Assembly: GCA_016182565.1 (NCBI GenBank) | Contig: JACPGI010000004.1 | Location: 40,321-104,320 of the forward strand | DNA from: a candidate division WWE3 bacterium | GTDB taxonomy: Bacteria > Patescibacteriota > WWE3 > UBA101185 > UBA10185 | DNA length: 64,000 nt | Reading direction: 5' to 3' | Shown here: positions 38,040-47,145 of the stretch, one piece after another | Layout of the letters: every line of letters starts with the position of its first letter | Numbering within the stretch: the first letter of the stretch is position 1 | Notes under the pieces: model-generated | What the model was told of the DNA's origin: nothing | Databases searched by the model: none | What the model saw: the letters and a program-made list of their open reading frames with translations, nothing else | Translations under genes and position numbers: made by a program

Positions 38040-38070
38040 TGGTGGGCCATCTGTCAGGATGTGTGAACTA
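38040..38070 (+). repeat. Degenerate tRNA 3'-end copy / att-like site containing repeat copy 2
   Basis: TGGTGGGC matches the tRNA-Leu 3' end at 39056-39063, then GGATGTGTGAACTA. Confidence 0.5.
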
Positions 38071-38973
38071 ATTCGATTTAGGTAACAAGCTTAATTCTCT
38101 AATAATTTCAGATATCGCATTCTTAGTCCCAAATTTCATTATATTTGCACAAAACAGGTTAATAAATATCATACCGTTATCCTCTATTTCTTCTCCAAGC
38201 ATTTTATCCGTATCATAGTTTTCAATAACTTTTGGATCCATTAGTCCGAGTTGTGTTGCTCTAATAAAGTGTTCTTCAAAACAAATATTCCAGTTGTTGT
38301 ACACTTTAGGATAGTTTTGATTTTTCTGAACTGTTTTCAATAAATAACTTAATTTATTTATTTCTTCTTCGTATGGTTTTAAAATCTTTTTTGCAAGTGG
38401 ATGAGAACCTTCATGAAGTACTTTGTGTAATACTTTATCTCTATCAATTCCAGATATCACTTGATAATTAATATTTCCTATTTTTGGACCAAATCCCCCT
38501 TGAGTAAGCGGGTTTGGAATTATAATCATTTCATTTTCTAATTTTTCTTGCCATGTATTCTCCAAAATTTGTGTTAAGTCTGTACTTGAAATAACCACTT
38601 CTATTTTTTGCTTCATCTTATTTAGAATATTTAATAAATACTCTTGATAGTAAATTTCAAAATCTGTGTTGTTATAAAAATCTATCAAATAGGGCTTTAT
38701 GGGGGCACCTTTATCAAAATGCCATTGTGTTTCTTCGTCTAATTGAATTATTTGATTAAAAGTTGGGGCATCATTTACAGCAAGTGCCCAATTTACAAGT
38801 TTTGATTCATGTATATATTCTTCAATTTTAGGAGATTTCCCTTTGTAATCTTTGAAGTGTTCAATTACTTTTGCTCTTACAGGATTATTATCATCTTTTT
38901 CTAGGAGGTTAAATTTATTTAGTAAACAGAAAACTAAAACTATATTTTTGTTTATTTCTACTTTTATTTTCAT
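38068..38973 (-). CDS. DUF4932-like putative zinc metallopeptidase
   Basis: HEGSH (HExxH) and downstream EEHFIRA. Confidence 0.65.
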   Translation of the reverse strand: MKIKVEINKNIVLVFCLLNKFNLLEKDDNNPVRAKVIEHFKDYKGKSPKIEEYIHESKLVNWALAVNDAPTFNQIIQLDEETQWHFDKGAPIKPYLIDFYNNTDFEIYYQEYLLNILNKMKQKIEVVISSTDLTQILENTWQEKLENEMIIIPNPLTQGGFGPKIGNINYQVISGIDRDKVLHKVLHEGSHPLAKKILKPYEEEINKLSYLLKTVQKNQNYPKVYNNWNICFEEHFIRATQLGLMDPKVIENYDTDKMLGEEIEDNGMIFINLFCANIMKFGTKNAISEIIRELSLLPKSN

Positions 38974-39055
38974 ATTTAAAGGATAAATATATTATAACAG
39001 TTCGACACTTTCTTGAATTTTTAATAAATGAGGCTGATATGACAGTCTAAAATAT

Positions 39056-39142
39056 TGGTGGGCGAGGAGGGAGTCGAACCCTCACGACCTTAAAGGCCAC
39101 AACATTTTAAGTGTTGCGCGTATGCCATTCCGCCACTCGCCC
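39056..39142 (-). tRNA. tRNA-Leu(TAA)
   Basis: GGGCGAG/CTCGCCC, CAACA-CT-TAA-AA-TGTTG, long variable arm, CCA. Confidence 0.97.
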
Positions 39143-39615
39143 ATTATGTTTCCCTACATTACATCCCCTATGATTATATTTCAAACTATGACAATTTGGG
39201 CATAGAATTTTTATGTTTTCTAATCTGTTATCGTCAGAAATTCCATTCACATGATGGAGCTCCAGTGGGATTCTCCCATCCTCGGAGGTAGTTTTCCACC
39301 CACACTCCTCACACTTGGGAACCTTAATGCCCTCTTTAAATAACCTTTTTTAAGTTTAAATGATTGAAAATTACTATGTTCAGTTAATATCTTTGATGTG
39401 GGAATCTTAGGACAATATCCAATTATCTTACCTTTATTCCACATTTTGCCTGTAAAGTGTTTTGTGTCAATTTTTAGTAATCTTATATACTTTTTAATTT
39501 GTTTATAGTTCCCACCAGCAGGTTGTAGGTAGAGCATTTTAATTACAGACCTAAAACTGTAAGATTTTGAAACTGCAAGTTTTAAGTCTTCTGAAGTCCA
39601 AGATTTAAGTGGCAT
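39107..39615 (-). pseudogene. HNH endonuclease with a -1 frameshift at an A6 run (39346-39351)
   Basis: The -1 frame continues RLFKEGIKVPKCEECGW..LELHHVNG..DNRLENIKILCPNCHS and ends inside tRNA-Leu. Confidence 0.85.
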
Positions 39616-39681
39616 TAATTATATAATATTAAATTTATAATGTGCATTTTGATACTATTTTCTAATACCATTAGAGTTTTC

Positions 39682-39757
39682 TGGTGCGCCTGGCAGGAAT
39701 CGAACCTGCGACCTTTTCCTTAGAAGGGAACTGCTCTATCCCCTGAGCTACAGGCGC
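39682..39757 (-). tRNA. tRNA-Arg(TCT)
   Basis: GCGCCTG/CAGGCGC, anticodon loop CT-TCT-AA, CCA. Confidence 0.96.
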
Positions 39758-39891
39758 CTACCCCACTTCTCACCTAAAACCCTATCCTTATAGGTATTTT
39801 ACGGTTTGTAACTTCCAAGTGACATTTTACCTTATAATCACAAGACTTTCTATAAAATAAGTCCCCACCCCGAAGCAAGCCAAGCCTTTAC

Positions 39892-41124
39892 CTAAATCCT
39901 ACTAAAAGGCTTATGTGGCATATAAATCTTTTTTGGAATTACAAAAAAGATAAATATCGTCCCTATAAATAATGCAAGCCCAGCATACGACATAGTCATT
40001 TTTGCCCCTACAAATTCTGTTACACTTCCGGCGATAATCGGACCTATTACCCAGGCAAGACTGCTTGCTGATTGTTCAAGCCCTATCAAGTCATTTTCAT
40101 ACTTATCTTCTCTTGAGACATAATCTTCATAAGTTGCCCACAATAAGTTAAATGAAATTGCACTAAACACCGAGTATCCTGCAACGATCATTAAAATTTC
40201 GTTTATATTCCTAGCCCATCCAAAACCAAAAAGTATTACTCCCGCCACAAGTCCTGATAATAATGCCCATTTTTTCTTACCGGTTTTGATTTTAAGCTTA
40301 CTCATGATAAGCCCTATCAAAATTGTAGGTAGCACATGCACGCTTATTATAAATCCAGCAAGTTCTGACTCCCCTTTTAAGCTTTCTGCATAAACTATCC
40401 CAATGGTCCAAAAAAATGCTTCGATCAGATACATCATCCAACCAAATGACCAAAGCGGCCAAAGCCTTTTCATATAAATAACCCATCTTTTAAGTTCTAT
40501 TTTTGGAGTTACAGGTGTAGCTATCTTTTCTGCCTTTTCTTTTAGTTGTGATTTCGCTTTCATTAACTGATAAATTAGATAGGCGGTGATGTAACAACCT
40601 ATTGCTACGTAAAAGTTAAGTTCCAGAAAATGATCTATCAAATATGTTGCGATAATGGGACCTACAAAATAAGCAACTGAGGTCACGGTTGCAATAGTAC
40701 CCCAAGCTTCTGAGTATTCATCTTTTCTTCTTGTTAATTCAATAAACTTAAAACTTGCAAATGCCTGTGTTTCGTAATAAATCCCCCAAGCTGCCATCCC
40801 AAGAAGATACATTGGTATATAGTTTGGGGCGAGTAAAAATGCTAAGGGAAAGGCAAGTGCTGCAAAAATAGTTGCCCTCACAAAAAAATTAGTGCTTTTG
40901 CTTCCAAATACCTCTCCGGCTAGAAAATTAAAAATAAGTCCTATGGCTGAGGAAGTTGCAAATATGACACCGGTCCAAAAGGGATCACTTACTTTGTTAT
41001 CAAGAAATACTGGGGTGACATACGACATGACAGCATCCCCCAAATAGACAAAAAAAGTAAAAACAGCAAAAAATCCAAATACTGTATTTACTTTAGATCT
41101 TGCTGAATTTTTCAAAAAAGGCAT
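39892..41124 (-). CDS. MFS transporter
   Basis: 410 aa, ~12 TM helices, repeated GPIIA in both halves. Confidence 0.85.
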   Translation of the reverse strand: MPFLKNSARSKVNTVFGFFAVFTFFVYLGDAVMSYVTPVFLDNKVSDPFWTGVIFATSSAIGLIFNFLAGEVFGSKSTNFFVRATIFAALAFPLAFLLAPNYIPMYLLGMAAWGIYYETQAFASFKFIELTRRKDEYSEAWGTIATVTSVAYFVGPIIATYLIDHFLELNFYVAIGCYITAYLIYQLMKAKSQLKEKAEKIATPVTPKIELKRWVIYMKRLWPLWSFGWMMYLIEAFFWTIGIVYAESLKGESELAGFIISVHVLPTILIGLIMSKLKIKTGKKKWALLSGLVAGVILFGFGWARNINEILMIVAGYSVFSAISFNLLWATYEDYVSREDKYENDLIGLEQSASSLAWVIGPIIAGSVTEFVGAKMTMSYAGLALFIGTIFIFFVIPKKIYMPHKPFSRI

Positions 41125-41285
41125 ACATAGAATTTATTGGTTTATAACCAATGTGTAAATGGGGAGTTTGTTTTATTTTATTTGACCACTGTGTCACATT
41201 ATGTTGTATTGCTAAAAACTTTTCCACGGTATAGAATTTTCGTGTGGGAATTATTGCGCCAGGTAAACAAGACTATATTCTCTTA

Positions 41286-41468
41286 ATGAGTTCTGTTATA
41301 ACCAATATTGATAATCAACTTTGGCTTTTGGGAACTTTTATAGTAGTTAGTGTTTTTAGCTATTTGATTTCAAAGAACATTTTTAAAGCATTTTTAGTAG
41401 CAATATTTTGTACTATTTTCCTAGCCGCTTACTTTGTTATGAGTTATGTACCAAATATTCGTTATTAA
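41286..41468 (+). CDS. Small 2-TM membrane protein
   Basis: Two hydrophobic helices; ATG 6 nt after TATATT. Confidence 0.55.
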   Translation: MSSVITNIDNQLWLLGTFIVVSVFSYLISKNIFKAFLVAIFCTIFLAAYFVMSYVPNIRY

Positions 41469-41476
41469 AAAGATAC

Positions 41477-42634
41477 ATGGTTAAGAGAGCATCAAAATCT
41501 AAACTATTTCATATATTTATACTAGCTTCATCTGTATGCATAGGAACCCTTTTTGGTATAAGTGTTTACAATATTGAGTCCCAGGTGTATCAAGCAGTTG
41601 CACAGTCCCAGCCTATCGTTGTATTCCCACAGGATCATGTTGCCCACCCTAATTTTGCTGCTGAATGGTGGTATTTAAATCTTATTACTAGAAGTACAAA
41701 AACTGATGGTACAAGTGAAAAAGATTTAGGTTATATCATTTCTTTCTCAAGAGTTAAAGGTGTAAAAGGTTTACTTAGTAGTAGATATGACAACACTTCC
41801 AAAACATTTAAAGAAAAAACAAATGTAGGGGATAATCTTAGTGTCACATTAATAAATTCTAAATATCTGTTGGTTAAATATTCAAATGGGGCAACAAGCA
41901 TGACACTTGAAGAAAAACCAATTGGCTTTGACCGAAAACGCTTATACAAACTTACAGGAAAAACTCCAGAAATAGGAAGTTTTGATTTAACACTCAAAGA
42001 ACGAACTGTACCGTTGTTTGGAAATACTAGCCCTCTTTTGTGGGGTGGATCTACAGGTAATTGCTCTGGGAAAATTTCAGTTTTTGGCTTAAATGATACT
42101 TTTTATTATAGTATTCCCGATCTTGATATCTCAGGAATAATTATAGATATAGATGGTGTCACAAGAAATGTTAAAGCCGGTAAAGCTTGGATAGACCACC
42201 AGTGGTTTAATAGTACTCCCCCGAGTGACTGGAAGGGACATTATTGGACCAGTTTTCATTATACATACTCAAATAGTCTATTTACTCAAGGGGCGCACCA
42301 AGCAGTAGGGTTTGTCTCCCAAATTTATAGTAGTGGCCCAAGATATACTTATTGGGTAAAACGAAATTTGAGTGGTAAAAATGAATGTGGTGTTGGTGGT
42401 AGTATGGCAGTTAGCAATTACGGCACTTCAGGTTATCCGACCAAGTGGAAAGCTATATTAAACAAGTCTGCAAGCATTTTCCTACTGGGGAGTGGAGTTT
42501 CCTTTTCTGATACCCAGATATTTAAACCCCCCGTAGGACCCCAATTCTATGAGCCATTTGCCTCATATACTGGAACTGATAGTGGAAAAGCTTTTATAGG
42601 TGTAGGTGTTTTTGAAACCCATTTAAAGAAATAA
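41477..42634 (+). CDS. AttH/CrtC-like lipocalin-domain secreted protein
   Basis: FPQDHVAHPNFAAEWWY, YYS, AWIDHQW. Confidence 0.75.
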   Translation: MVKRASKSKLFHIFILASSVCIGTLFGISVYNIESQVYQAVAQSQPIVVFPQDHVAHPNFAAEWWYLNLITRSTKTDGTSEKDLGYIISFSRVKGVKGLLSSRYDNTSKTFKEKTNVGDNLSVTLINSKYLLVKYSNGATSMTLEEKPIGFDRKRLYKLTGKTPEIGSFDLTLKERTVPLFGNTSPLLWGGSTGNCSGKISVFGLNDTFYYSIPDLDISGIIIDIDGVTRNVKAGKAWIDHQWFNSTPPSDWKGHYWTSFHYTYSNSLFTQGAHQAVGFVSQIYSSGPRYTYWVKRNLSGKNECGVGGSMAVSNYGTSGYPTKWKAILNKSASIFLLGSGVSFSDTQIFKPPVGPQFYEPFASYTGTDSGKAFIGVGVFETHLKK

Positions 42635-42665
42635 TCAATATTTTGTAGTTTAACATCAGTAAAAT

Positions 42666-42740
42666 TGGAGCGGCGGACCGGGCTCGAACCGGCGACCTCC
42701 TCCTTGGAAGGGAGGCATTCTACCACTGAACTACCGCCGC
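42666..42740 (-). tRNA. tRNA-Gly(TCC)
   Basis: GCGGCGG/CCGCCGC, CCTCC-CT-TCC-AA-GGAGG, CCA. Confidence 0.97.
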
Positions 42741-42824
42741 ATAATTTTTATAGTGTAGTATGCTTTCTTAAGATACCATAAATTTTCTTCTAGGCAACAA
42801 TAGGAGTCACTAAAAAATCTCACT

Positions 42825-43286
42825 TTATTTCATATTTCCAAGCATTGTTTTTTTTCTTTTTTCATATTCTTTTTCGGAAAGTCTGCCTTTAGCTACTAGT
42901 TCTTTTAACCTCCCTAATGATTTTTCTAGATTATCAATCTCAGCTACTCCCCTACTCTCAAGCTCTTTTCTATTCATTTCACTTGAATGAACAAGGTTAA
43001 TTTTTTGGTCAATTAGTTTTTTAGCTTTTATTGCATCGCTATTCCAGACATGTTTTATGATGGCATTTTCGTTTCCTGTAGAATCCATGATTTGTAGGTT
43101 TGAAAAAAAGATTCTTTTGATAAGATGCGCTCGTACGATGTGCTTATAAGTGATTGTATATTCGTTTACTGTAAACCAATGCCTGCTCCAAAGGACTATA
43201 AAATCCTCATGGATGCGAAGTATAGTGTCAAATATAGCACCAGCCCTGATCTTGTTTGTTTTTATTTCGTAGATTAAATTACTCAT
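42825..43286 (-). CDS. PH-like domain plus C-terminal SHOCT domain protein
   Basis: LGRLKELVAKGRLSEKEYEKRKKTML SHOCT signature; beta-rich N-terminus. Confidence 0.7.
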   Translation of the reverse strand: MSNLIYEIKTNKIRAGAIFDTILRIHEDFIVLWSRHWFTVNEYTITYKHIVRAHLIKRIFFSNLQIMDSTGNENAIIKHVWNSDAIKAKKLIDQKINLVHSSEMNRKELESRGVAEIDNLEKSLGRLKELVAKGRLSEKEYEKRKKTMLGNMK

Positions 43287-44598
43287 ATATATAAACCGGT
43301 GTTCCAATTTTTGCCCAGTCAAAAAGTTCAAGGGAATCATCTTGGGTCAACTGAATGCACCCACCTGTAGCTGGGCTTCCCATGGTGTTTGAATCCCTTG
43401 AGTAGATATTTCCTGCAGCATCAAGATGATATGGGATTGAATGAAAACCAAATCTATATCCGTAAACCGTGCCAATTGGTAAGTAGTTTGGCATGTACCA
43501 GTCATCTTGGTACGAAATTGCCATTTTTTCTTTACCCAAAACTACAAATTCTCCTGGAGGTGTTTCCCAAGTGAGCCCGGTCGAAATAATGTAAGTTTTA
43601 ACAAGCTTTCCGTGCTCAAACTTGTACAGACGTTGTTGTGACTTATTTACTTCAAGATAAACATCTGCCATTTCTCCGTTTGTTTTCGGTTTACCCTCAA
43701 GAGGTAAAATAACTGCAGTATTTATCTCATAATTTGTTGCTCTAAAAAGTAGGGCCCTTTTTATAGCATCAACCGCAGCGCTTCTTATGACTAAAACATC
43801 TTCTTTTTTATACTTAAGGTCTAGCTCATCTAAATATCTATTTATTTCATAATCGTTAAGTTTTCCGTATGTCAGGCTATCTTTTTCAACTACACTAATA
43901 AAAGCTTTAATTCTTTCCGCTGGTATATATATAGGGTTTCTCCCATATTTAATAAGAAGGCTAAAGCCGACCTTATTTATCACTTGTTCTGTGGCTCTTT
44001 TTTGTTCATCTTTTGTTTCACTGCTAGTAATATGTAGTTTTATTTGATTATCATCAGATGTAAGCCAGTTTATTACCCTATTTTTATCAAGAAACATGTT
44101 TTTATCTACTTCAATCTTTGATCCCGGAGTTACCGCTCTAAATGTATAGTCTTCAAAAGAAACAACCGTATTTTTTGCTAGGTATTGGATGTCATTTTCA
44201 ATGCTTCCTAAAAACTGACCTAAAATCCAGTTATTTATTGTGAGGGCAAGACTTGGATCTATAACTTCATTTGAGGTATTTTGGCAAAAAATACGCCATT
44301 TTTTTGGTCTACAGTTTTGTGCTAATTTTTCCAGCTTGTCCCTGTCAATATCAAAGCCAATTTCTTTTAAAGTAACTCCCCTACTTTTATCAGATAAATA
44401 AAGATATATAGGATTGTTTAGTTTTGATATAAGAGTTGAGTATCCTTGATTCCACTCTACCCCGCCCAAATCAAGGTTGCCTATTTTTGTATTGGGTTTA
44501 AAAACTTTGACTGGTTTAAATTCGTCTAGACTTGAATTTGCTGCTATCACAACAAGCAGTAATAACGATAGGACCAAAATTAGAAGCTTTGATTTCAT
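43279..44598 (-). CDS. L,D-transpeptidase (YkuD family)
   Basis: EVNKSQQRLY, ISTG..ETPPG, GFHS...ATGGCIQL, IGTPV; signal anchor. Confidence 0.88.
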   Translation of the reverse strand: MKSKLLILVLSLLLLVVIAANSSLDEFKPVKVFKPNTKIGNLDLGGVEWNQGYSTLISKLNNPIYLYLSDKSRGVTLKEIGFDIDRDKLEKLAQNCRPKKWRIFCQNTSNEVIDPSLALTINNWILGQFLGSIENDIQYLAKNTVVSFEDYTFRAVTPGSKIEVDKNMFLDKNRVINWLTSDDNQIKLHITSSETKDEQKRATEQVINKVGFSLLIKYGRNPIYIPAERIKAFISVVEKDSLTYGKLNDYEINRYLDELDLKYKKEDVLVIRSAAVDAIKRALLFRATNYEINTAVILPLEGKPKTNGEMADVYLEVNKSQQRLYKFEHGKLVKTYIISTGLTWETPPGEFVVLGKEKMAISYQDDWYMPNYLPIGTVYGYRFGFHSIPYHLDAAGNIYSRDSNTMGSPATGGCIQLTQDDSLELFDWAKIGTPVYIYE

Positions 44599-44699
44599 AT
44601 GTCTATTTTACTACATACTTTGGATAAGTCGGAAAAGATGTTTACTTGGTCTAGCCAAAACTGGGCCAATTTTTTGTGTTGTTAATTAGAAAAGATTAG

Positions 44700-45449
44700 T
44701 TAATTTGAAGCAAGTTTTCCTTCTACAATATAAAAAGGTTTTAGGGTACCAATTGCAAGTTTATAACCCTCTGGTTGTTCAAGGTGCGTTTTTGAAATTA
44801 TTGGAAACTCCCTGTAAGCCTCTCTAAATGGGTCATGTACTATAAGTGAAGTGGCAGTTTTTGTATCTTCAGAGTAGTTTTTTATTCCTACAACAAGTAA
44901 CTCGTGACCTGTGATGCCATCATAGTTCTGTACATTTAAAAGTATCGGCTCATTCTTTTGTAAAGTTTCGTATATGGCTTGAATACTTGGTTCTATTTGT
45001 ATAGCTTTATACCCAAAATATTTAGGACCTGATGTCAGATCATAAAACATAGCACCTTTTACGTACACACTGTTTGGGAGCTCATCAATAACTTTTTTAA
45101 GCTCTATATCAAGCCCCTTGTTTTTTAAAGCCATTGTAAGTGCTGCTGGTCCACAAGCGGAACCACCTATATTTTCATATTCTGTATCTTTAAGATCCTC
45201 TTTTTGGTTTACATATGGGGCGGATAATTTAATTGTTTTTAAACTTAAGTTGTTAGTTTCATCAGAAAGATCTTCTAGAGTATTTGATTTAGAGGTGGCT
45301 ATTTTTGGGGTTTTGAAATCCGGGAAGATGTCAAATGTGTTTATGTTTTGTTCGAGTTGTCCGATGTTAAAGCTTGGTAAATTCATCGGCTCTAGAGAGG
45401 ATGTAAGTGTAGAAGTTATTGCAGGAATAAATATAAGACTTTCAAGCAT
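44700..45449 (-). CDS. C39-like (C39_2) peptidase
   Basis: APYVNQ, SACGPAALTMAL, GHELLVVG, VHDP. Confidence 0.85.
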   Translation of the reverse strand: MLESLIFIPAITSTLTSSLEPMNLPSFNIGQLEQNINTFDIFPDFKTPKIATSKSNTLEDLSDETNNLSLKTIKLSAPYVNQKEDLKDTEYENIGGSACGPAALTMALKNKGLDIELKKVIDELPNSVYVKGAMFYDLTSGPKYFGYKAIQIEPSIQAIYETLQKNEPILLNVQNYDGITGHELLVVGIKNYSEDTKTATSLIVHDPFREAYREFPIISKTHLEQPEGYKLAIGTLKPFYIVEGKLASN

Positions 45450-45483
45450 AAATATAGATTTGGCCGGGAAAACCACTTAAAAA

Positions 45484-45605
45484 TTACTACTGCGAATGCT
45501 ACGTTTTGGCTGTTTTGGCGTGATGTAAGGCTGTAGTAAAGGCTTTAAAACCACCTAAAACGTCAACATCCAGGAGATTTTAATGGCATAACCTATATAA
45601 GTCAA
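45484..45605 (-). promoter_or_regulatory. Sigma70 promoter plus structured, possibly pseudoknotted, leader
   Basis: TTGACT(45600-05)-N17-TAAAAT(45577-82); long stem 45547-71/45494-516; loop 45533-39 complementary to 45484-90. Confidence 0.55.
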
Positions 45606-45724
45606 ATTTGGCTAAAGCCCGTTTAGATAGACGCTTAATTTAGTTAAGATTAGCTTGGACACCCATTTTTTAGTTAAATTTATGCGTTGATGACAAAAAT
45701 GTTATTCCAACTTATACTTTTCCT

Positions 45725-46693
45725 ATGAATACTACAAATAACCAGGAATTAGATTATAAAACTACAACTTTTGATGTAATTATTATAGGAAGTGGCCCGG
45801 CAGGACTTACAGCAGCTATCTATACTTCACGTGCGAATTTAAAGACCCTAATTTTAGCTGGAATGCCATCTGGAGGCCAGCTTATGCTTACCTCAGAAGT
45901 TGAAAATTTTCCGGGATTTCCAGATGGAATTATGGGCCCTGATTTGATGGAAGCAATAAAAAAGCAAGCCCTAAGGTTTGGGTGTAGCTATATAGAAGAA
46001 AACGTTTTAAAAGTTTCAGGAGATGCCAAAAAATATTTTAATGTAATAACTACAAATAACAATTCTTATCTAGGAAAAACAGTAATTGTGGCAACCGGTG
46101 CTTCTGCCAAGTGGTTATCTGTTGAGGGTGTAGATAGATTAAAGGGCAAGGGTGTGTCTGCTTGTGCTACTTGTGATGGATTTTTCTTTAAGGAAAAGGT
46201 AGTCGCTGTAGTAGGAGGTGGAGATTCTGCTATGGAAGAGTCAATATATCTCACAAAATTTGCTTCGAAGGTTTATGCACTGGTTAGAGGTAAAAAAGAA
46301 GAATTAAAAGCAAGTAAAATAATGCAAGAAAGAGCGATGAAAAACTCTAAGATTGAATTTATTTATGAAACCGAGCTTATAGAGGTCTTAGGTGAAAATT
46401 TAGTTTCCGGCATAAAAATTAAAAATAGGGTGAGTGGTGCCGAAAGTGTTATTGAGGAGGTGCAGGGGGTTTTCATGGCAATAGGACACAAACCCAATAC
46501 CGACTTTTTAGTAGACTTTTTGGAACTAGATAAAATTGGGTATATAAAGCCTATTGATGGAACAAAGACAAGTGTAGAAGGTATTTTTGTTGGTGGTGAT
46601 GTGAGTGATTCTAAATATAGACAGGCGGTAAGTGCTGCAGGGTTTGGATGTATGGCTGCACTAGATGTTGAAAAGTTTCTTACTGAAAAGTAA
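45725..46693 (+). CDS. trxB: Thioredoxin reductase
   Basis: GSGPAG, GGQL, CATCDG, GGGDSA, GD..YRQA. Confidence 0.97.
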   Translation: MNTTNNQELDYKTTTFDVIIIGSGPAGLTAAIYTSRANLKTLILAGMPSGGQLMLTSEVENFPGFPDGIMGPDLMEAIKKQALRFGCSYIEENVLKVSGDAKKYFNVITTNNNSYLGKTVIVATGASAKWLSVEGVDRLKGKGVSACATCDGFFFKEKVVAVVGGGDSAMEESIYLTKFASKVYALVRGKKEELKASKIMQERAMKNSKIEFIYETELIEVLGENLVSGIKIKNRVSGAESVIEEVQGVFMAIGHKPNTDFLVDFLELDKIGYIKPIDGTKTSVEGIFVGGDVSDSKYRQAVSAAGFGCMAALDVEKFLTEK

Positions 46694-46735
46694 TAATTTT
46701 GAATTTCAATTTTATTTTTTGCTTACTAGTACAGA

Positions 46736-46765
46736 CAGCGCGGGAATTGAAGTGTTCTCGCGCTG
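46736..46765. terminator. GC-rich hairpin between convergent genes
   Basis: CAGCGCGGGAA/TTCTCGCGCTG. Confidence 0.55.
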
Positions 46766-46785
46766 CAGTATGGTAAAAATCTAAT

Positions 46786-47007
46786 TTATGCCAGCTGTAG
46801 GGCGTGCTGGAGCTCTTCCACCACAGCATTGCGGCCTTGTTCTGAAAGAGTTGCGTTTGAACCAAACACGTCAACCCAACCAGACATTGCAAGGTCAGCA
46901 AGTGTGCTCCCACCAATTGCTACGTGGGGGTTTTTAAGCGGTTCCACAATGGTGCCGTCTGCAACAAAATGCACCATCAAGATCTTTAGTGCATCAGATT
47001 TTGACAT
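46786..47007 (-). CDS. Orphan small protein, winged-helix-like
   Basis: GGAG SD, TTGCTA-N17-TACTAT promoter; LADLAMSGWV..LSEQGR resembles a wHTH wing. Confidence 0.55.
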   Translation of the reverse strand: MSKSDALKILMVHFVADGTIVEPLKNPHVAIGGSTLADLAMSGWVDVFGSNATLSEQGRNAVVEELQHALQLA

Positions 47008-47084
47008 CTCTTCCTCCGATTTTGTACAAGAAAGGAATTACATTGTATTTCTTAGATAGTAGCACTTAGGTTATTGTTTAGCAA

Positions 47085-47111
47085 AAAACCCGCGGTTTTG
47101 CCGCGGGTTTT
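47085..47111 (-). terminator. Intrinsic terminator of DUF4349 gene
   Basis: AAAACCCGCGG/CCGCGGGTTTT; T6 run on the minus strand. Confidence 0.75.
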
Positions 47112-47145
47112 ATAGTGTTTATTTCTAAGAATTAACTAATTTTAT

